DNA of 64,000 bases, taken from NCBI GenBank assembly GCA_016290135.1, contig JAEESW010000002.1:122584-186583 (forward strand). Reading direction: 5' to 3'. The notes beneath the pieces were generated by a model. It saw nothing but the letters and a program-made list of their open reading frames with translations, was not told the DNA's origin and did no database searches. Each line of letters starts with the position of its first letter. Position 1 is the first letter of the stretch. The position numbers were made by a program, and so were the translations under genes. Source of the stretch: a bacterium. GTDB taxonomy: Bacteria > UBP6 > UBA1177. This document shows positions 7,589 through 17,690 of this stretch, one piece after another.

Positions 7589-10495
7589 CTATTCAAACGC
7601 CAGATCTGCCACCATTTTGACAAAATCCTCATCCGGCTCTTTAAGACTTTTCGAAAGGAAAAAGTCGATCATACCGCGTTTTTTCTGATGCAGATTGAGG
7701 ATCTTCTCCTCGATCGTCCCCTTGGAATAAAGCTTTGTGACAATGACTCTTTTTGTCTGCCCGATCCTGTGGGCACGCGACCAGGCCTGTTCTTCGACAG
7801 CCGGGTTCCACCACGGATCAACGATGATGACATGGTCAGCACCGGTGAGGTTGAGACCGACTCCGCCCACTTTCAGGCTGAGCAGGAATGCCTTTTTCTC
7901 CCCGGCATTGAACCTTTCGACAAGCTCCATGCGGTCTTTCGTGTCGCCGTCCATGTAAAAATATTCAGCTTTATCGGCCTGGAAAGCCGCCTCGATGATC
8001 TTCAGCATCTTCACATACTGGCTGAATATCAGAACTCTGCCGCCTCCCGAAAAGATCTCCTCGCAAAGTTCCCTCACAGCTGCGATCTTGCCGGAAAGCT
8101 CAGGGTCAAACGCGCCTTCGGCCGCAAGAGACGGATGGTCTGCGGCAAGCCTCAGTTTTGAAAGCAGCGCCAGGATCTCGATCTTGTTTATCGAGTCTCC
8201 GCGATCTATGAACTCGGCCTTTCCGCGCAGCATCGCCGCAAGGTAGACATCCTTCTGCTTCTGCGTCATTTCAACCGGATATTCCTTGATTATAAGGTCC
8301 GGAAGTTCATCAAGGATCTCGCTTTTCAGACGGCGCAGGATGAACGGCGATGTTTTTTTGCGCAGCATGTCGAGATCCTCGCCGGCACCGAGTTTTTCCA
8401 TTCTGTCGACATCCTTTTTCATGCCGAGATAATTCGGCATTATGAACTGGAATATGCTCCACAGATCGCTCACATGGTTTTCCAGCGGAGTTCCTGTCAG
8501 GGCGAAACGGTGCCGCGACTTGAGCGAACTCAGGAGTTTGAACCTTTTCGTGTTGTTGTTCTTTATCTGCTGGGCCTCGTCGATTACGACAGTTTCGAAC
8601 GATTTCTCCTTAAGGAGCGAAAAGTCGTTGATAACGACCGAATACGAAGTGATTATGAGTTCCTTGCCTGCATTTTTCCACTTCGCAGTCCTTTCTTCAG
8701 GTTTGAGCGAATCTATGACTGTCCGTTCCATCTCGGGGAAAAATTTCTCGATCTCGCGGTCCCAGCTCCAGACAAGGGTCTTCGGACAGACGACTATCGA
8801 CGGAAGATCTCCGGTCTCAGATTTTATCATGCAGAGGGACTGCAGAGTTTTACCGAGACCCATTTCATCGGCAAGGACGCCGCCCAATCCAAGTGCCTTG
8901 AGGAGCGACATCCAGCGGAAACCTTCGAGCTGATACTTCCTCAGCGGGATCCCTTTGAGATGGCTCTCGTCAGGCTTCGGAAGTTCTCCTTTCGAAAGAG
9001 AATCGAAGATCGCGATGTATTTCCGTTTTGCCTCGGCGGAACCTGTAAAATTTTTCAGGATCTTTTTGTTTTTCGACTTAAGAAGACCTACCAGATTGGC
9101 GACCGGCAGTTTTTCACCGTCCGAATAGACCGCAGAGCCTATCATCTCAGAGATCTTGTTCAGAAAATCCGTGCTGTTTTCAAGGATCACCGGTCTTCCT
9201 TCGGTATCGTTGACGACTGGCTCCTCGATGCCGCGTCCGAACTGACGCACAGCTTCGACAAGAGAAGTCGACGGAATGAAATCGGACATCTGCGGCAGCT
9301 TGATGTTGAACGAAAACCACTGCTCGTCGCTGTTCACGTCGAGAACGATCTCCGAATTTTCGGCCGCTGTCTGCGGAAGATTGATCTTTTTGATCTCCTG
9401 CTCATTCACGACTGTTCCGATCTGCGAAAGAGCGCTTCCTGAGGATATTATCCTCGAATATTCCTGCATGGGGACAGTGTATGAGTTTTTGAAAAGCCTG
9501 AAACCATCGTCTGCAAGGGCCGACTTTATGTTTTTGACGAGCTGAGGATCGATCGAATAAATACGCCCGTTTACAGGGTAATTCTGCTCAAGGATCCTTT
9601 TTCTCGGCTGGAATTCGATCGACGTTCTGCCGTTTTTAAGAAAGATCTTCAGGAAGACTTTTCCTTCGCGAAGCTCTGTCTTGAAAACGACATTCGTGTT
9701 TTCATCGAGCTCTATCTTTTTAAGGTTGAAGACGCCGCTTAAAACGACATCCGGGCTGAGACTGTCGCTGAGATCGGAGACCGCCTTGATAAGAGCCTCC
9801 TTTCTGGAATAGCCTATCGTTTTTCCTGCAAGAGCAGAAACTGTATCCCTGACCCCTGCCGGGAAACGCCAGACGGCACCTTCGTCGCAGTCTATCGCCA
9901 CTCCGTTCTTCTCGGAATAAAAAAGGCTTTCCGGCATCGAAAAATATATCCCGTCGGAATCGACATGATATGAAAGAATCAGCGGATGCTCAGCCGGGAA
10001 AAGCTGGAGCTGCCCCAGTGTGAACTTTTCCGGAGAGAGCGCGGCTGCAAGCAGGATGTCGTCACCGGAGAAGAGCTTCGAAAGCCTTGAAAGCTGCAGA
10101 TCGCCGCCGTCTTCGAGCCTGACAGATGAACTTTTTCTGTCAATGTAAAGTTTGAACGGAGGCTGCAGTTTTACAGTGTCCTTCTTCACATTGAAGCGTG
10201 AGAGCTGCTCCGAAATGTCGGTATTGTCCATCGAAAGATCATTGAAGGCAAGCGCGACCGCGACGATATGAGCACATATTTCATCGCTGTGGCAGGAACA
10301 AACTCTGTTGAAAAGATTGCCGGTCCCGTCTATCTCGAGCCTGACATCGCATCCGCCCGCAGAACCCTGCACGAACGTTATCCCCTCTTTGACAGATACC
10401 GAAAGTATCATCGTGGAATTCTGTCCGTGCAGAGCGCATCCGTCAAAATACGAATCGGACGTCACAAGATCTGCAAGGCGGATGAGAACAGACAT
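7589..10495 (-). CDS. SWIM zinc-finger / SNF2-family helicase (RapA/HepA-like ATPase)
   Basis: N-terminal SWIM CxC..CxH motif (CSCHSDEICAHIVAV). C-terminal SNF2_N (LADEMGLGKTLQ, DEAQQIKN) and helicase-C motifs. Confidence 0.75.
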   Translation of the reverse strand: MSVLIRLADLVTSDSYFDGCALHGQNSTMILSVSVKEGITFVQGSAGGCDVRLEIDGTGNLFNRVCSCHSDEICAHIVAVALAFNDLSMDNTDISEQLSRFNVKKDTVKLQPPFKLYIDRKSSSVRLEDGGDLQLSRLSKLFSGDDILLAAALSPEKFTLGQLQLFPAEHPLILSYHVDSDGIYFSMPESLFYSEKNGVAIDCDEGAVWRFPAGVRDTVSALAGKTIGYSRKEALIKAVSDLSDSLSPDVVLSGVFNLKKIELDENTNVVFKTELREGKVFLKIFLKNGRTSIEFQPRKRILEQNYPVNGRIYSIDPQLVKNIKSALADDGFRLFKNSYTVPMQEYSRIISSGSALSQIGTVVNEQEIKKINLPQTAAENSEIVLDVNSDEQWFSFNIKLPQMSDFIPSTSLVEAVRQFGRGIEEPVVNDTEGRPVILENSTDFLNKISEMIGSAVYSDGEKLPVANLVGLLKSKNKKILKNFTGSAEAKRKYIAIFDSLSKGELPKPDESHLKGIPLRKYQLEGFRWMSLLKALGLGGVLADEMGLGKTLQSLCMIKSETGDLPSIVVCPKTLVWSWDREIEKFFPEMERTVIDSLKPEERTAKWKNAGKELIITSYSVVINDFSLLKEKSFETVVIDEAQQIKNNNTKRFKLLSSLKSRHRFALTGTPLENHVSDLWSIFQFIMPNYLGMKKDVDRMEKLGAGEDLDMLRKKTSPFILRRLKSEILDELPDLIIKEYPVEMTQKQKDVYLAAMLRGKAEFIDRGDSINKIEILALLSKLRLAADHPSLAAEGAFDPELSGKIAAVRELCEEIFSGGGRVLIFSQYVKMLKIIEAAFQADKAEYFYMDGDTKDRMELVERFNAGEKKAFLLSLKVGGVGLNLTGADHVIIVDPWWNPAVEEQAWSRAHRIGQTKRVIVTKLYSKGTIEEKILNLHQKKRGMIDFFLSKSLKEPDEDFVKMVADLAFE

Positions 10496-10507
10496 TTTAA
10501 AAAGAAC

Positions 10508-12691
10508 TTACATAAGGTGGAAAACGACCGTAAGACCGACCATAACGATCGAGACCATGCTCATGAGCTTGATAAGGATGTTGAGCGACGGGCCCGATGT
10601 ATCTTTGAAAGGATCGCCGACTGTGTCGCCGACGACTGTAGCTTTGTGGTTGTCGGAACCTTTGCCGCCGAAGTTGCCTTCTTCGATGTATTTTTTAGCG
10701 TTGTCCCATGCGCCGCCTGCGTTAGCCATGAATACTGCAAGGACGAAGCCGCAGGAGAGACCGCCGATAAGAAGACCCATGACGCCCGCAACACCGAGAA
10801 CTACACCTGTAAGAACAGGAACTACGATCGCGATTATTGACGGAACCAGCATCTCGTGCTGAGCGCCTTTTGTCGAGATCGCAACGCATCTTGCGTAGTC
10901 GGGTTCTGCCTTTCCTTCCATGATCCCTGCTATCTCGCGGAACTGACGGCGGACTTCCTCAACCATCTTCTGAGCTGCTCTGCCGACAGCGTTCATCGTA
11001 AGACCGCAGAAAAGGAACGCCATCATAGCACCTACGAAAACACCGACGAGAACGACCGGGTTCATAAGGTTTACGTTGTATGCATCCATGAAGTCGATGA
11101 GTGTTGCTTTCGCCGGTTCGAGACCGTTCGGAAGTTTTTCGCCGATACGGATAAGGGCGATCTTGATCTCTTCAACGTAGGAAGCAAGAAGAGCGAGAGC
11201 GGTAAGCGCAGCGGAGCCGATAGCAAAACCTTTGCCTGTTGCAGCCGTCGTGTTGCCGAGTGCATCGAGAGCGTCGGTTCTTTTTCTTACTTCTTCGCCG
11301 AGGCCGCTCATTTCAGCGTTTCCGCCTGCATTGTCGGCGATCGGACCGTAAGCATCGGTTGCAAGGGTGATTCCGAGAGTCGAAAGCATACCGACTGCCG
11401 CGATGCCGATTCCGTAAAGTCCCTGCGAAAGAGCCGTTGCAGAGAAATTAAGGTCGAAACCGTTTGCGCAGAGGTAAGCCATAACGATCGCAACACCGAC
11501 TGTGATTACAGGAATAGCGGTCGAAAGCATTCCGAGTCCGAGACCGGAAATGATAACTGTCGCAGGACCAGTAGACGAGCTTTCAGCGACTTTCTGCGTC
11601 GGTTTGTAGGACTGCGAAGTGTAGTATTCAGTAGCCTGGCCGATGATGATACCTGCAACAAGACCGCTGACTACCGAGAAGGATATTCCGAGCCAGTTTT
11701 CGAAGCCCATGACGTAAAGAATTACGAATGTTGCTATCGTGATGAGGAATGCGCTGACGTTTACGCCTCTTCCGAGTGCACGGAGAAGTTCTTTCATCGT
11801 TGCGCCTTCTTTGGTTTTGACAAGGAAAATGCCGATGAGCGAAAGAACGACACCGATCGAAGCGATGAGCATCGGAGCGATGACAGCCTTTTCCTGGAAA
11901 TCAGCATTGCCCGAGAATGCCGAAGCGCCGAGAGCAGCCGTAGCAAGGATAGAGCCTGCATACGATTCGTAAAGGTCTGCACCCATACCAGCGACGTCGC
12001 CTACGTTGTCGCCTACGTTGTCAGCGATCGTAGCGGGGTTGCGCGGGTCGTCTTCAGGAATACCTGCTTCAACTTTACCGACGAGGTCAGCACCGACATC
12101 GGCCGCCTTCGTGTAGATACCGCCGCCGACTCTTGCGAAGAGAGCCTGAGTGGAAGCACCCATTCCGAATGTAAGCATCGTCGTGGTTATGAAGATAAGT
12201 TTGTGAGCCGCATCAGCCTCTTTAACGAAAATATTGAGGATAATGTACCAAGCTGAAATGTCGAGAAGCGCGAGACCGACAACGGTAAGACCCATGACCG
12301 CACCGGAGCGGAAAGCGACTTTGAGCCCTTTGTCAAGCGACTTCTGAGCAGCATTGGCAGTTCTTGCCGAAGCGTAGGTCGCAGTTTTCATTCCGAAAAA
12401 TCCTGCCAGACCGGAGAAGAAACCGCCGGTAAGGAAAGCGAACGGGACCCAGCTGTTCTGAAGACCGAAAACAGCCATTACAGCAAAAATAACAGCGAGG
12501 ATCACAAAAACGATCCCTACGATTTTGTACTGCTGTTTGAGATACGCCATCGCGCCTTTTCTGACATGAAGCGCGATCTTCTTCATCGTGTCCGTTCCCT
12601 CGGATTCCTTCATCATCTGCTTGAAGAAGAAGAAAGCGAATGCAAGAGCGAGAACGGAAGCACCCAAAACCAGGAAAACAAGATTTGACAT
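10508..12691 (-). CDS. hppA: Membrane-bound H+/Na+-translocating pyrophosphatase
   Basis: 727 aa polytopic protein with the V-PPase signatures GGGIYTKAADVGADLVGKVE, DNVGDNVGD and EYYTS. Confidence 0.9.
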   Translation of the reverse strand: MSNLVFLVLGASVLALAFAFFFFKQMMKESEGTDTMKKIALHVRKGAMAYLKQQYKIVGIVFVILAVIFAVMAVFGLQNSWVPFAFLTGGFFSGLAGFFGMKTATYASARTANAAQKSLDKGLKVAFRSGAVMGLTVVGLALLDISAWYIILNIFVKEADAAHKLIFITTTMLTFGMGASTQALFARVGGGIYTKAADVGADLVGKVEAGIPEDDPRNPATIADNVGDNVGDVAGMGADLYESYAGSILATAALGASAFSGNADFQEKAVIAPMLIASIGVVLSLIGIFLVKTKEGATMKELLRALGRGVNVSAFLITIATFVILYVMGFENWLGISFSVVSGLVAGIIIGQATEYYTSQSYKPTQKVAESSSTGPATVIISGLGLGMLSTAIPVITVGVAIVMAYLCANGFDLNFSATALSQGLYGIGIAAVGMLSTLGITLATDAYGPIADNAGGNAEMSGLGEEVRKRTDALDALGNTTAATGKGFAIGSAALTALALLASYVEEIKIALIRIGEKLPNGLEPAKATLIDFMDAYNVNLMNPVVLVGVFVGAMMAFLFCGLTMNAVGRAAQKMVEEVRRQFREIAGIMEGKAEPDYARCVAISTKGAQHEMLVPSIIAIVVPVLTGVVLGVAGVMGLLIGGLSCGFVLAVFMANAGGAWDNAKKYIEEGNFGGKGSDNHKATVVGDTVGDPFKDTSGPSLNILIKLMSMVSIVMVGLTVVFHLM

Positions 12692-12776
12692 AAAAGCCTC
12701 CTAAAATAACAAAAAAAAAGACCGTTCAAAAAAAATGCGCCGTATTTAACGACTTTTTTTTAAATTAAGCAAATAT

Positions 12777-13421
12777 TTATATACGGGCTTTGATTTCCCG
12801 GAAAAAGGCAGCGATAACAAGGATCACAAAAAACAGACCGTAAAAAATGCTGTATGTGACATGGTCAGGCAGCGGCGATGCAAAATGTGAAAACGAAGGA
12901 TGCTCGGGATTCACGGCAAACCATGAAAATCCGAGGCAGAAAAACGAAGCGTATGTCGAAAAAAGAGCCGCGGCGGCCGACCTTAAAACTTTTCCCGAGA
13001 GCAGAAGGCCTAAAGCAAAAGATCCGAGGACGAGCAGCACGAGTTCCGGAAACATCGGCCAGTCGTATTCATGCGCTGCAAGAAGAGTGAGCATGTCGAA
13101 CGCGACTTGCTTGAAAGAAACCGGATTTATGAAGTTGAGATGCCATTCATGGTGCATAACGGCGGAATAGAGCATCGGGATATAAGTGAGAAAACCGCCT
13201 GCGAACAACACCGGAAGATCGCCGTTTCTAACTTTGAGGATATATTTGAAGCCTATGACAAAAAACATCAGGACACAGTCGAACCAGAAAAGCTGCATAA
13301 CAAAAATGGAAGGCTTCACCTCCCCCATTTCGATAAAGATCCTTGCTGAGATCAGGATCTGATAGAGCAGAAACGCCGCCCAAAGTGGGATCCTGTTTAT
13401 TTTTTCGACAAGTTTTCTCAT
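12777..13421 (-). CDS. Hypothetical polytopic membrane protein
   Basis: About six hydrophobic helices. ATGA overlap with fmt. No CPBP or other motifs recognised. Confidence 0.35.
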   Translation of the reverse strand: MRKLVEKINRIPLWAAFLLYQILISARIFIEMGEVKPSIFVMQLFWFDCVLMFFVIGFKYILKVRNGDLPVLFAGGFLTYIPMLYSAVMHHEWHLNFINPVSFKQVAFDMLTLLAAHEYDWPMFPELVLLVLGSFALGLLLSGKVLRSAAAALFSTYASFFCLGFSWFAVNPEHPSFSHFASPLPDHVTYSIFYGLFFVILVIAAFFREIKARI

Positions 13422-14356
13422 TTGCCCTCTTCGGGTCTCGGGCTGAAAACTTCGCCCGGCTGAGGCCTGTATCCGTTGATGAATTCAGCGGCCCGCATCG
13501 GATTTTTTCCCGCCGGCTTGAGTTCGGTGATCTTTATCCCGCCGTTTCTGCAGGCAACGACTATCCCGCTTTTCGAGACTTCTGAAATTTCGCCGGGATC
13601 TCCGGCACATTTTTCGACGAATTCAGCTTTTTCGATCCCGACAATGTTTCCGCGGAAAACGGCACGCACACCGGGTTCTTTGGTCAACGCCTTGATTTTA
13701 TTGAACAAAACTCTAGCATCGCTCTCAAAATCAAGCCACATGTCCGACTTCTGGATCATACTCGTGAAAACGGGCTCTCCCCGCTGCGGAACCCTTTCGA
13801 CATTTCCGTTTTCGATCTTTTCCCAGTTCTTTTCGAGCAGGTCTAGTGAAAGTTTCGTCAGTTTATCAAAAAGGGTCGTCGCATTGTCGTTCTCGTCCAC
13901 GCCGCACTCGGCCGACATGATCACGTCTCCGCTGTCAAGCTCCTCGTCCATAACCATTATCGAAGTGCCGCTCACCTTATCCCCGTTCATCAAAGCGGTG
14001 TTTACAGGAGTCGAGCCGCGGTATTTCGGAAGAAGCGAAAAATGGACATTCAGCGGATAAAGCCTCGGTATATCGAGAATGCGTTTAGGCAGGATCTGTC
14101 CGTAAGCCACGACAAAAAGGATGTCAGGCGCAAAATTTTTGATTATTTCAAACGCCTTTTCCGATTTTGACCAGAGAGTATGTACCTCGAGACCGAGTTC
14201 TACAGCCCTCTTTTTTACCGGTGTCGGCTCCAGCTTTTTGCCGCGCCCGCGGATCTTGTCCTTCTGCGAAAAAACGATTATCTCAGCCTTTTTTTCAACG
14301 CAGAAATCAAGAAAAGGGACCGAAATCTCGGGACTTCCCATAAAAACTATCTTCAT
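13418..14356 (-). CDS. fmt: Methionyl-tRNA formyltransferase
   Basis: Start set at MKIVFMGSPE, preceded by GGAGGG. Motif HFSLLPKYRGSTPVNTA matches the Formyl_trans_N active-site region. Confidence 0.8.
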   Translation of the reverse strand: MKIVFMGSPEISVPFLDFCVEKKAEIIVFSQKDKIRGRGKKLEPTPVKKRAVELGLEVHTLWSKSEKAFEIIKNFAPDILFVVAYGQILPKRILDIPRLYPLNVHFSLLPKYRGSTPVNTALMNGDKVSGTSIMVMDEELDSGDVIMSAECGVDENDNATTLFDKLTKLSLDLLEKNWEKIENGNVERVPQRGEPVFTSMIQKSDMWLDFESDARVLFNKIKALTKEPGVRAVFRGNIVGIEKAEFVEKCAGDPGEISEVSKSGIVVACRNGGIKITELKPAGKNPMRAAEFINGYRPQPGEVFSPRPEEGK

Positions 14357-14430
14357 TTTTCCCTCCGAAAAACCAAGTCGGCAAAGCATACTTTTTATTT
14401 CATTGTTGGCAAGAGTACTTTATTTTGTTG

Positions 14431-14458
14431 TTGACACTTACGTCAGGAAAAATAAAAT
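14431..14458 (+). promoter_or_regulatory. Sigma70-like promoter (TTGACA-16-TAAAAT) for the 14484 gene
   Basis: Hexamers read directly. A GGAGG RBS and GTG start follow. Confidence 0.4.
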
Positions 14459-14483
14459 CATCTGCTTTTGATGGAGGTCGATT

Positions 14484-15407
14484 GTGAAAAAAGCCGTTTT
14501 TTTATTGTTTTTTCTCTTTTTAGTATCCGTTTCCGCTCAGGAGCCGCTTCCTGAAAATCTTGAAATGAGGCAGCTTCCGACCGCTCCGGTCGTGGATCTT
14601 CCTGCAAATTACGATGAACTTATCAAAAACTCGAAGGGGAACGTTCAGGAAAAAAAGATTGACGAAATTATCGGAAAAGCTCTCAAAAGCAGTCACGTTG
14701 TGATAGAAACCCTTAATGAGTTCATGTTTTTGCAGGTTGTACCCAACTTTGCTTACGCTGATGAAAAAGGCGAAGAAAGGCTTGGAGAAGATTTAATGGA
14801 AATTCTTCATTCCGGCAAAATTTCAGCTTCCGCGAATTCGCAGTTCATGAGTCTGGATTACACCGAAATGAGGATGATGGGGCTTCCGTTCAAAAGAAAA
14901 GTTGTCGATAATCTCGTTTTAGGCGCCGATAAGTTCGATCTTTCGATTTCGCTTACGTTCTTCATAAACATGAACAAACTCACCAACATGGTTTTGAATT
15001 CGCTTGAAAACATCAAGGATTTCAAGCCCGTGTTCAATCAGGCAGAAAAATTTTACCGTGCGAAGTTTGCCGACAGCAAAATGCTTTATTTCATCAGGAT
15101 CCCGAATATCGCTTATGAGATCGCATACACAGGCGAGCTTTACGAAAATATCATTGCTAAAAATATCAAAGAGGCTCTTTTCATCCACGATGCGATCAAA
15201 AGCGTCGAAGCAAAAATCGAAAAAGACCCTCTGCTCTCTTTTGACGGAAGATATATAAAAGGTGTCAAAAACGACAAGATCCTCATTGATCTGTGGTTCC
15301 TCCCGGAAAAAACGGCGATGAACCAGGCTGAAGCGGCAAAGATCATAGCGAAAGCACTCAAACACGAACCGGTCAACATTTCAGGCAGCGAAAAGGAAGG
15401 AAAATGA
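14484..15407 (+). CDS. Hypothetical secreted protein
   Basis: N-terminal signal peptide MKKAVFLLFFLFLVSVSAQ. No recognisable domain. Confidence 0.4.
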   Translation: MKKAVFLLFFLFLVSVSAQEPLPENLEMRQLPTAPVVDLPANYDELIKNSKGNVQEKKIDEIIGKALKSSHVVIETLNEFMFLQVVPNFAYADEKGEERLGEDLMEILHSGKISASANSQFMSLDYTEMRMMGLPFKRKVVDNLVLGADKFDLSISLTFFINMNKLTNMVLNSLENIKDFKPVFNQAEKFYRAKFADSKMLYFIRIPNIAYEIAYTGELYENIIAKNIKEALFIHDAIKSVEAKIEKDPLLSFDGRYIKGVKNDKILIDLWFLPEKTAMNQAEAAKIIAKALKHEPVNISGSEKEGK

Positions 15408-16093
15408 CGGTCTGTCCGCACTGCAAAAGCACGAACAACAATTTTTACTACTGCAAAGGCTGCGGAAGGAAGATACCAGAAAACTCAAAGCCGGCTGCCA
15501 GAAAAGAATCCGCATCTCCCAGATTCATAGAAGAAGTTATCGATATCATTGAAAGAAACCTTGATTATTCAGATATAACGATCTCGGCTCCGGCAAGCAA
15601 TTTCGGGATAAATCTGAGCGAGATATCCAAAGACGAAGGGATCCTCATCATCGGCGGAGAACAGTGGCAGGAGACAGATCCTGCGCAGCAGTGCAGCTGT
15701 TTTTTCGGCGAGATCATCTGCACATACCTCATTTCGGCAATAATCACGATGGTCGGATTCATAGCGGGAGCTGACGGGATCGAAATGATCTTCCAGCTTT
15801 ACGCCTCGGCATTTCTGGTCCTTTCACTCATCACCTGGTTCATAGTCCCCTACTTCACAGGATTTTCGCCGGTATCGTCGCTTCTTTACAACTGTTCGAT
15901 GTTCACCCTGGACAATGAAAGTGCAAAAAACAAGGCAAAGAATCTCTTCATGATGTTCCTTTTCTCATCCATCCCTTCTCTTTTCGTCCTGCCTTTTTTT
16001 TATTCACTGCTTAAATCAAGATTCTCCGAGAATTATCTTCCTCCTGCATTTTCCTCAAGTGAGATCAGATATTTGGAAAAAGCGGAAAATTAA
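15404..16093 (+). CDS. Hypothetical membrane protein with N-terminal zinc ribbon
   Basis: CPHC..CKGC at the N-terminus, followed by about four TM helices. ATGA overlap with the upstream gene. Confidence 0.35.
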   Translation: MTVCPHCKSTNNNFYYCKGCGRKIPENSKPAARKESASPRFIEEVIDIIERNLDYSDITISAPASNFGINLSEISKDEGILIIGGEQWQETDPAQQCSCFFGEIICTYLISAIITMVGFIAGADGIEMIFQLYASAFLVLSLITWFIVPYFTGFSPVSSLLYNCSMFTLDNESAKNKAKNLFMMFLFSSIPSLFVLPFFYSLLKSRFSENYLPPAFSSSEIRYLEKAEN

Positions 16094-17184
16094 AGATCTT
16101 TTCTCAAAAAAACTACGAAATCATTGAGATTGAGTCCGGTATAGCCGCTCTTTACCGTAAGACCGTATCTGTCAAGCAGTTCCGCTGAGTTATAACTTTC
16201 AAGTGCGGCCGGCACTTCATTTTCAGGTATTTCGGGCGAACTGCCGACGATCGCTCCGGCAAAAGGCGAGTTTCCGTCGATCCCGTCGGAAGAAAGCGCC
16301 CAAAGTTTCATTCCGTTCTTTAAAAAAGGAAGCATCGAAAGCGCAAAATGGCTCATCCTGCCGCCTGTTCCGGCACTTTTTGAAGTGATCTTCAAAAGAG
16401 GCTCTCCTGTAACGATAACAGCCTCCGAACCTGCTTCGATCCTGCTCAAAAGAAGAGTCTGCAGCTCATCAACGCTTCCTGTAAAACGCCTGAAAGATTC
16501 GGTATTTTCGGGAAGCTGCCTTAAAAGCGCATCATGCAGCAAATCCGAGTCGGCACACTTGAAAAGATGGGTATTCTCAAGATCTTCCCTGAAAAAAGGC
16601 ATGCTTCCGACAAATTTTTCGCCGTTTTCAAAAGGAATGTCGCTTGCAACGAAAACAAACCATTCGATTGATGCAAACATTCCGGCAAGTTTTCCGTTTT
16701 TTATAAGAGAATACTCTCCCCTTTTTTTATTTATCTCGGTTATCGGAAGGCCGCTTTTGAGCAGTTTTTCGTTGAGTTCAATAGCCTCTTTTTCGTTATC
16801 ACTTTTCTCGATCAGAGCCGAACTTCCGCCGCTAAGAAGAACGATCACATTCTCAGGCTCATGCGTTTTTATGAAGTTTATCAGCTTTTCGACCGCCTCG
16901 AAACTCTTTTCCGTAAGGTGAGGATGGCTTGAAAAAACAACATCAGCTTCTTTCAAAATTCCCGTATCGCTTCCGATCGGAAGAACTGCAAGAACAGGCA
17001 AAGCGAGCACCTCAGGATACTGCGAAACGAACTTTTCATACATGTATGCAGCAGATTTTCCGACACTTACCACAATTTTACGTGGTTTTTCGCATACAGC
17101 CTCGAATGCTGAAAAATCAAACTGAACCGATTTCAGAAAATCGCGATATTCTTTTGCATTATCAAACATTGCCGACAAAGACAC
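16090..17184 (-). CDS. MOFRL-family glycerate kinase (hydroxypyruvate reductase/glycerate 2-kinase-like)
   Basis: Family motifs VGKSAAYM (GKAA-type), LLSGGSSALIE and C-terminal SSDGIDGNSPFAGA. Confidence 0.5.
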   Translation of the reverse strand: MSLSAMFDNAKEYRDFLKSVQFDFSAFEAVCEKPRKIVVSVGKSAAYMYEKFVSQYPEVLALPVLAVLPIGSDTGILKEADVVFSSHPHLTEKSFEAVEKLINFIKTHEPENVIVLLSGGSSALIEKSDNEKEAIELNEKLLKSGLPITEINKKRGEYSLIKNGKLAGMFASIEWFVFVASDIPFENGEKFVGSMPFFREDLENTHLFKCADSDLLHDALLRQLPENTESFRRFTGSVDELQTLLLSRIEAGSEAVIVTGEPLLKITSKSAGTGGRMSHFALSMLPFLKNGMKLWALSSDGIDGNSPFAGAIVGSSPEIPENEVPAALESYNSAELLDRYGLTVKSGYTGLNLNDFVVFLRKDL

Positions 17185-17230
17185 CTCAAAGATAACAATT
17201 TGATTTTATTTACGAATTTTCACAAGAGAA

Positions 17231-17461
17231 TTATGCCACTTTGGAATAATCCATAATAAAGATTTTGCTTGCGATGTTTCTGACTTTTTCCAAAATGTCA
17301 TCTATCGTTTCCTGAACAGACATCGGGTAAACGACCGCTCCGCACTGTTTGCACTTAAAACATGGAACATTTTCAATGATAACATAGCAGTTATCAACCT
17401 GAGTAAAATAAGTGCTGGTGCTCTCACTCATTTCTTCCGCTTTGCATACCAAACATTTCAT
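17231..17461 (-). CDS. YgiT/MqsA-type zinc-finger small protein
   Basis: 76 aa with CxxC...CxxC arranged like the MqsA N-terminal zinc ribbon. No HTH domain and no adjacent toxin gene. Confidence 0.35.
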   Translation of the reverse strand: MKCLVCKAEEMSESTSTYFTQVDNCYVIIENVPCFKCKQCGAVVYPMSVQETIDDILEKVRNIASKIFIMDYSKVA

Positions 17462-17690
17462 CCTATTTCTCCAACCTTTGCCTAAAATCTTCGCTCCAAA
17501 GTTTTTTATCGGGGTAATAGTTCCGCGGCGTGTTCAGTAACAAAAACTTTATCGTTTTCGTAATAAAATCTTAATTTTTCAATCTTGATCACAATTCAAC
17601 TCTTCGTTAAAAAAACAAAAACGCGCTAATTATACTCAAATTTTAGAAATTTCGACAGATTTTTTTGAAAATCAATCAGAAAGTTTGAAA

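Noticed and set aside
8474-9442. 322-aa plus-strand ORF
   Set aside because: It is antisense to the SNF2 helicase gene, with no motifs or RBS. It is a shadow frame.
10856-12256. 466-aa plus-strand ORF inside the hppA locus
   Set aside because: It lies entirely antisense to the strongly supported pyrophosphatase gene. Its composition is Cys/Arg/Ser-rich and low-complexity, with no motifs. It is a shadow ORF.
17231-17461. MqsA-like zinc-finger ORF as part of a toxin-antitoxin pair
   Set aside because: There is no partner toxin ORF and no HTH domain. I kept it as a zinc-ribbon protein but not as a TA system.
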